Below are positions 61,269 through 64,000 of a stretch of DNA of 64,000 nt, in pieces. Both the position numbers and the translations under genes were made by a program. Positions within the stretch are counted from its first letter, which is position 1; the number at the start of each line of letters is the position of its first letter. The DNA is taken from assembly GCA_949300365.1 (NCBI GenBank), contig CASGEC010000006.1, forward strand, positions 137,253-201,252, read 5' to 3'. Below the pieces are notes generated by a model, which was not told the origin of the DNA, made no database searches, and saw only the letters and a list, made by a program, of their open reading frames with translations. The DNA comes from an uncultured Bacillota bacterium (GTDB lineage: Bacteria > Bacillota_I > Bacilli_A > RFN20 > CAG-288).

Positions 61269-64000
61269 CGCTTGTCGAGCTCCCTTCTTCTCAGCGCCTC
61301 CAGCAGGGACCGGATACGGATCTTGACGGCGCCGAGATTCGTGATTTCGTCGATCTTGACCTGGGTATAGATCTTTCCGTGCCTTTCCAGGATGTCGCGG
61401 ACCTCATCGGAGGTGATGGCATCGACACCGCAGCCAAAGGAGACGAGCTGGATAAGCTGCATGTCCTTCTGGTTGACGATATAGTTCGCCGCCTTGTAGA
61501 GACGGGAATGGTAGGTCCACTGGTTGAGGACGTGGCTCGGCTCGGGATTCTTCTCCAATTTGCTGACGACATCTTCCGTGACGATAGCGCAGTTGTAGCC
61601 GAGGATCAATTTGTCGATGTCATGGCAGATGAGGGGATCGACATGATAGGGACGTCCGGAGAGGACGATGATGGTCTTCTTTTCCTTGCGCGCGGAATCG
61701 ATGATCTCCAGGGCCTTGTTCATGACGACCTTCTCGAACTTCTCGTATTCCTGGTAGGCCTTGTCGCTTGCCTTCCTGACCTGCAAAGGCGAGAGGTCCG
61801 GATAGGTGGAGACGAGGTATTCGTACATCTTGTCCGGGAAGAAACGTCTCTCGGAAAGGTTGACGTAGGGATTGAGATAGTGGACACCTTCCTCGCGCAG
61901 GGAGCGGACGTTTGCCTTGATGACCTCGGAATAATAGGCAACGACCGGGCAGTTGTAGTGGTTGTCGGTATGGCTTTCCTCCACGTTGTAGGACATGCAG
62001 GGATAGAAGATCGTCTTGACGCCCTTGTTGAGAAGGTCGATGACATGGCCGTGGAGGAGCTTTGCCGGATAGCAGACGGTATCGGAAGGAATCGTCATCT
62101 GGCCCTTGCGATAGAGCTTTGCCGAGGAAGGCGAGCTGAGGACCACCTGGAAGCCCAAAGCGGTGAAGAAGCTGTACCAGAAGGGAGCCAGTTCATAGAA
62201 GTTGAGTCCCATCGGAAGGCCGATCTTGCCCCGCGGGAACTTGCTTTCGTCCTCGTTTTCGCTGTCATAGCTTCTCAAGAGCCGGTACTTGAAGTCATAG
62301 AGGTCCAATCGGACGTCGTTTGCCTTCTTGGTCACCGGCTTCTCGCAGCGGTTTCCGCCGATAAAGACGCGCTTGTCATCGAAGATGGAGATGGTCAGTC
62401 GGCATTTGTTGTTGCAGCCTTGGCAAATGGAGGAGACGACTTTCCTGTTGAAGGTCTCCAGCCTTTCCTTGGAGAGGATATTGGATCTTTCCAGATGGAG
62501 ATCCATGGCATCCAAGGCCGCGCCATAGGCACCCATCAGTCCGGCGATGTTGGAGCGGATGACCCGGACGCCGAGCTCCTTCTCAAAGGCCCTGAGGACG
62601 GCATCGTTGAGGAAGGTTCCGCCCTGGACGACGATCTTCTTTCCCAACTCGTCCTTGGAAGAGCAGCGGATAACCTTGTAGAGCGCGTTCTTGACGACGG
62701 AGATGGCAAGGCCGGCGGCGATATCGTTGACCGTCGCGCCATCCTTCTGTGCCTGCTTGACGGAGGAGTTCATGAAGACCGTGCAGCGGGAACCGAGGTT
62801 GACCGGCCTTTTGGCAAAGAGGGAGAGCTTGGCAAAGTCGGCGATGTCATAGCCAAGGGATGAGGCGAAGGTCTGGAGGAAGGATCCGCAGCCGGAGGAG
62901 CAGGCCTCGTTGAGGAAGATGTCGTCGATGACACCGTTGCGGATGCGGAAGCACTTGATGTCCTGGCCACCGATATCGATGACGAATTCCACGTCCGGAA
63001 GGAAGTGCTTCGCGGCCTGGAAGTGGGCCATCGTCTCCACGATGCCGTGGTCGAAGGAGAAGGCGTTCTTGGCCAGGTCCTCGCCATAGCCCGTGGAAGA
63101 GGAGCCGGCGATATAGGCCCCTTCCGACATCTGGGAATAGATATCCAGAAGCATGTCCTTAAGAAGGGCGATCGGATCGCCTTGGTTGGAGACATAGTGG
63201 GTATAGCGGATGTTGCAGTCCTTGTCGATGAGGACGGCCTTGAGCGTCGTCGAGCCGGAATCCACGCCGAGATAAAGCGGACCCTGATACCCCGTCAAGG
63301 GAAGGCTATCGACATGGTCCTTGGCATGGTCCTGGATGAAGTCGTCGTATTCCTTCTCGTCCCGGAAAAGGGGCTCGATGTAGGAGAAGTTCTCGTTGTT
63401 GCGATAGTTCTGGACTTTTTCCAGGATGGAATCCAAGGCGATGGGCTCGTCCTTCTTGGCAAGCAGGGCCGAACCGATGGCGACATAGTAGAGGGAATCC
63501 TCGGGAAGGACACCATGGACGTGAAGGGAATCGTCAAAGGCATTCCTCAATTCCGACATGAAGGTCAGAGGACCGCCCAGATACATGACGTTGTTCTTGA
63601 TCTCGCGTCCCTGGGCCAAGCCGGCGATCGTCTGGTTGACGACGGCATAGAAGATACTCTCGGCGATATCTTCCTTTCGGGCACCCTGGTTAAGCAGGGG
63701 CTGGATGTCGCTTTTGGCAAAGACGCCGCAACGGGAAGCGATGGTATAGATCCTTTCATGGGACTTGGCGAGGTCGTTGACTTTCTCCACGGGGACGTTC
63801 AACAGGGAAGCCATCTGGTCGATAAAGGCGCCCGTACCGCCGGCACAGGTTCCGTTCATGCGGACCTCCACGCCATCCGTCAAGAAGAGGATCTTGGCAT
63901 CCTCACCACCGAGCTCGATGATGCAGTCTGTCTTGGGATAGCGGACCTTCGTCGTCTCCCTTGTGGCGTAGACTTCCTGGTAGAAGGGGAAGTGGCAGCC
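61265..64000 (-). CDS. Acyl-CoA dehydratase activase-family protein (BcrAD/BadFG ATPase domains + DUF2229-like C-terminus), 5' end outside the window
   Basis: The track start at 63883 is a TTG. The frame stays open to 64000 (…GGEDAKILFLTDGVEVRMNGTCAGGTGAFIDQMA). A second ATPase repeat is LGVDSGSTTLKAVLID...IDIGGQDIKCF. The C-terminal part has DTVCYPAKLLHGHV and VSFGCGVDA. Confidence 0.8.
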   Translation of the reverse strand, partial: GCHFPFYQEVYATRETTKVRYPKTDCIIELGGEDAKILFLTDGVEVRMNGTCAGGTGAFIDQMASLLNVPVEKVNDLAKSHERIYTIASRCGVFAKSDIQPLLNQGARKEDIAESIFYAVVNQTIAGLAQGREIKNNVMYLGGPLTFMSELRNAFDDSLHVHGVLPEDSLYYVAIGSALLAKKDEPIALDSILEKVQNYRNNENFSYIEPLFRDEKEYDDFIQDHAKDHVDSLPLTGYQGPLYLGVDSGSTTLKAVLIDKDCNIRYTHYVSNQGDPIALLKDMLLDIYSQMSEGAYIAGSSSTGYGEDLAKNAFSFDHGIVETMAHFQAAKHFLPDVEFVIDIGGQDIKCFRIRNGVIDDIFLNEACSSGCGSFLQTFASSLGYDIADFAKLSLFAKRPVNLGSRCTVFMNSSVKQAQKDGATVNDIAAGLAISVVKNALYKVIRCSSKDELGKKIVVQGGTFLNDAVLRAFEKELGVRVIRSNIAGLMGAYGAALDAMDLHLERSNILSKERLETFNRKVVSSICQGCNNKCRLTISIFDDKRVFIGGNRCEKPVTKKANDVRLDLYDFKYRLLRSYDSENEDESKFPRGKIGLPMGLNFYELAPFWYSFFTALGFQVVLSSPSSAKLYRKGQMTIPSDTVCYPAKLLHGHVIDLLNKGVKTIFYPCMSYNVEESHTDNHYNCPVVAYYSEVIKANVRSLREEGVHYLNPYVNLSERRFFPDKMYEYLVSTYPDLSPLQVRKASDKAYQEYEKFEKVVMNKALEIIDSARKEKKTIIVLSGRPYHVDPLICHDIDKLILGYNCAIVTEDVVSKLEKNPEPSHVLNQWTYHSRLYKAANYIVNQKDMQLIQLVSFGCGVDAITSDEVRDILERHGKIYTQVKIDEITNLGAVKIRIRSLLEALRRRELDKR

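Noticed and set aside
1-64000. Mycoplasma-type genetic code (UGA = Trp), given the Mollicutes-like gene content
   Set aside because: Several well-defined genes terminate at TGA, including the rnpA/yidC and degV/GNAT ATGA overlaps and the iminopeptidase gene. Long genes stay intact under the standard code, with Trp encoded by TGG.

Overview
A 64-kb chromosomal window from what looks like a Bacillota/Mollicutes-related bacterium. It uses the standard code: several genes end in TGA and Trp is TGG. It carries many lipobox lipoproteins, Mycoplasma-style enlarged Opp subunits, and no wall-synthesis genes. I count about 55 protein genes and saw no rRNA, tRNA or CRISPR array.

- 1-5 kb: the conserved rpmH-rnpA-yidC-jag block plus degV and a GNAT-like gene. 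rpmH is absent from the ORF track because it is under 60 aa; I translated it by hand.
- 5-23.6 kb: housekeeping and membrane genes. These are pdxK, a BI-1 protein, proline iminopeptidase, a fused ABC-FtsX transporter, yebC, priA, gmk, hemolysin-III, a DUF4145-4TM fusion, and DUF1538 with two PII-like genes.
- 24-39 kb: a roughly 13-kb cluster of lipoprotein, oppABCDF, DUF3899 and a zinc-metalloprotease lipoprotein.
- 39-54 kb: an accessory-looking segment.
  - Two orphan antitoxin genes: a HipB-like HTH fused to a hipA stub, and a Phd-like gene.
  - A PHP phosphatase and a lipoprotein.
  - The most interesting locus in the window: a 1,933-aa protein followed 19 nt later by a DUF45/COG1451 HExxH zincin. 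The large protein has a degenerate transglutaminase-like N-terminus, DUF4011, an Upf1-like SF1 helicase split by a roughly 630-aa insert, a restriction-endonuclease-fold domain and DUF3320.
  - An orphan 72-aa HTH.
  - A membrane-anchored double-XRE regulator with a 1,190-aa Ser-rich surface lipoprotein.
  - An ORF that is only an integrase N-terminal domain.
- 54-64 kb: a marR-adh-aldh operon, guaA, and a YjiL/YjiM-like activase/dehydratase pair that runs off the window.

Nearly every real gene is shadowed by a long, codon-aligned antisense ORF. This comes from avoidance of TTA, CTA and TCA codons, and I reject those ORFs. All domain calls come from motif recognition by eye, not from database searches.
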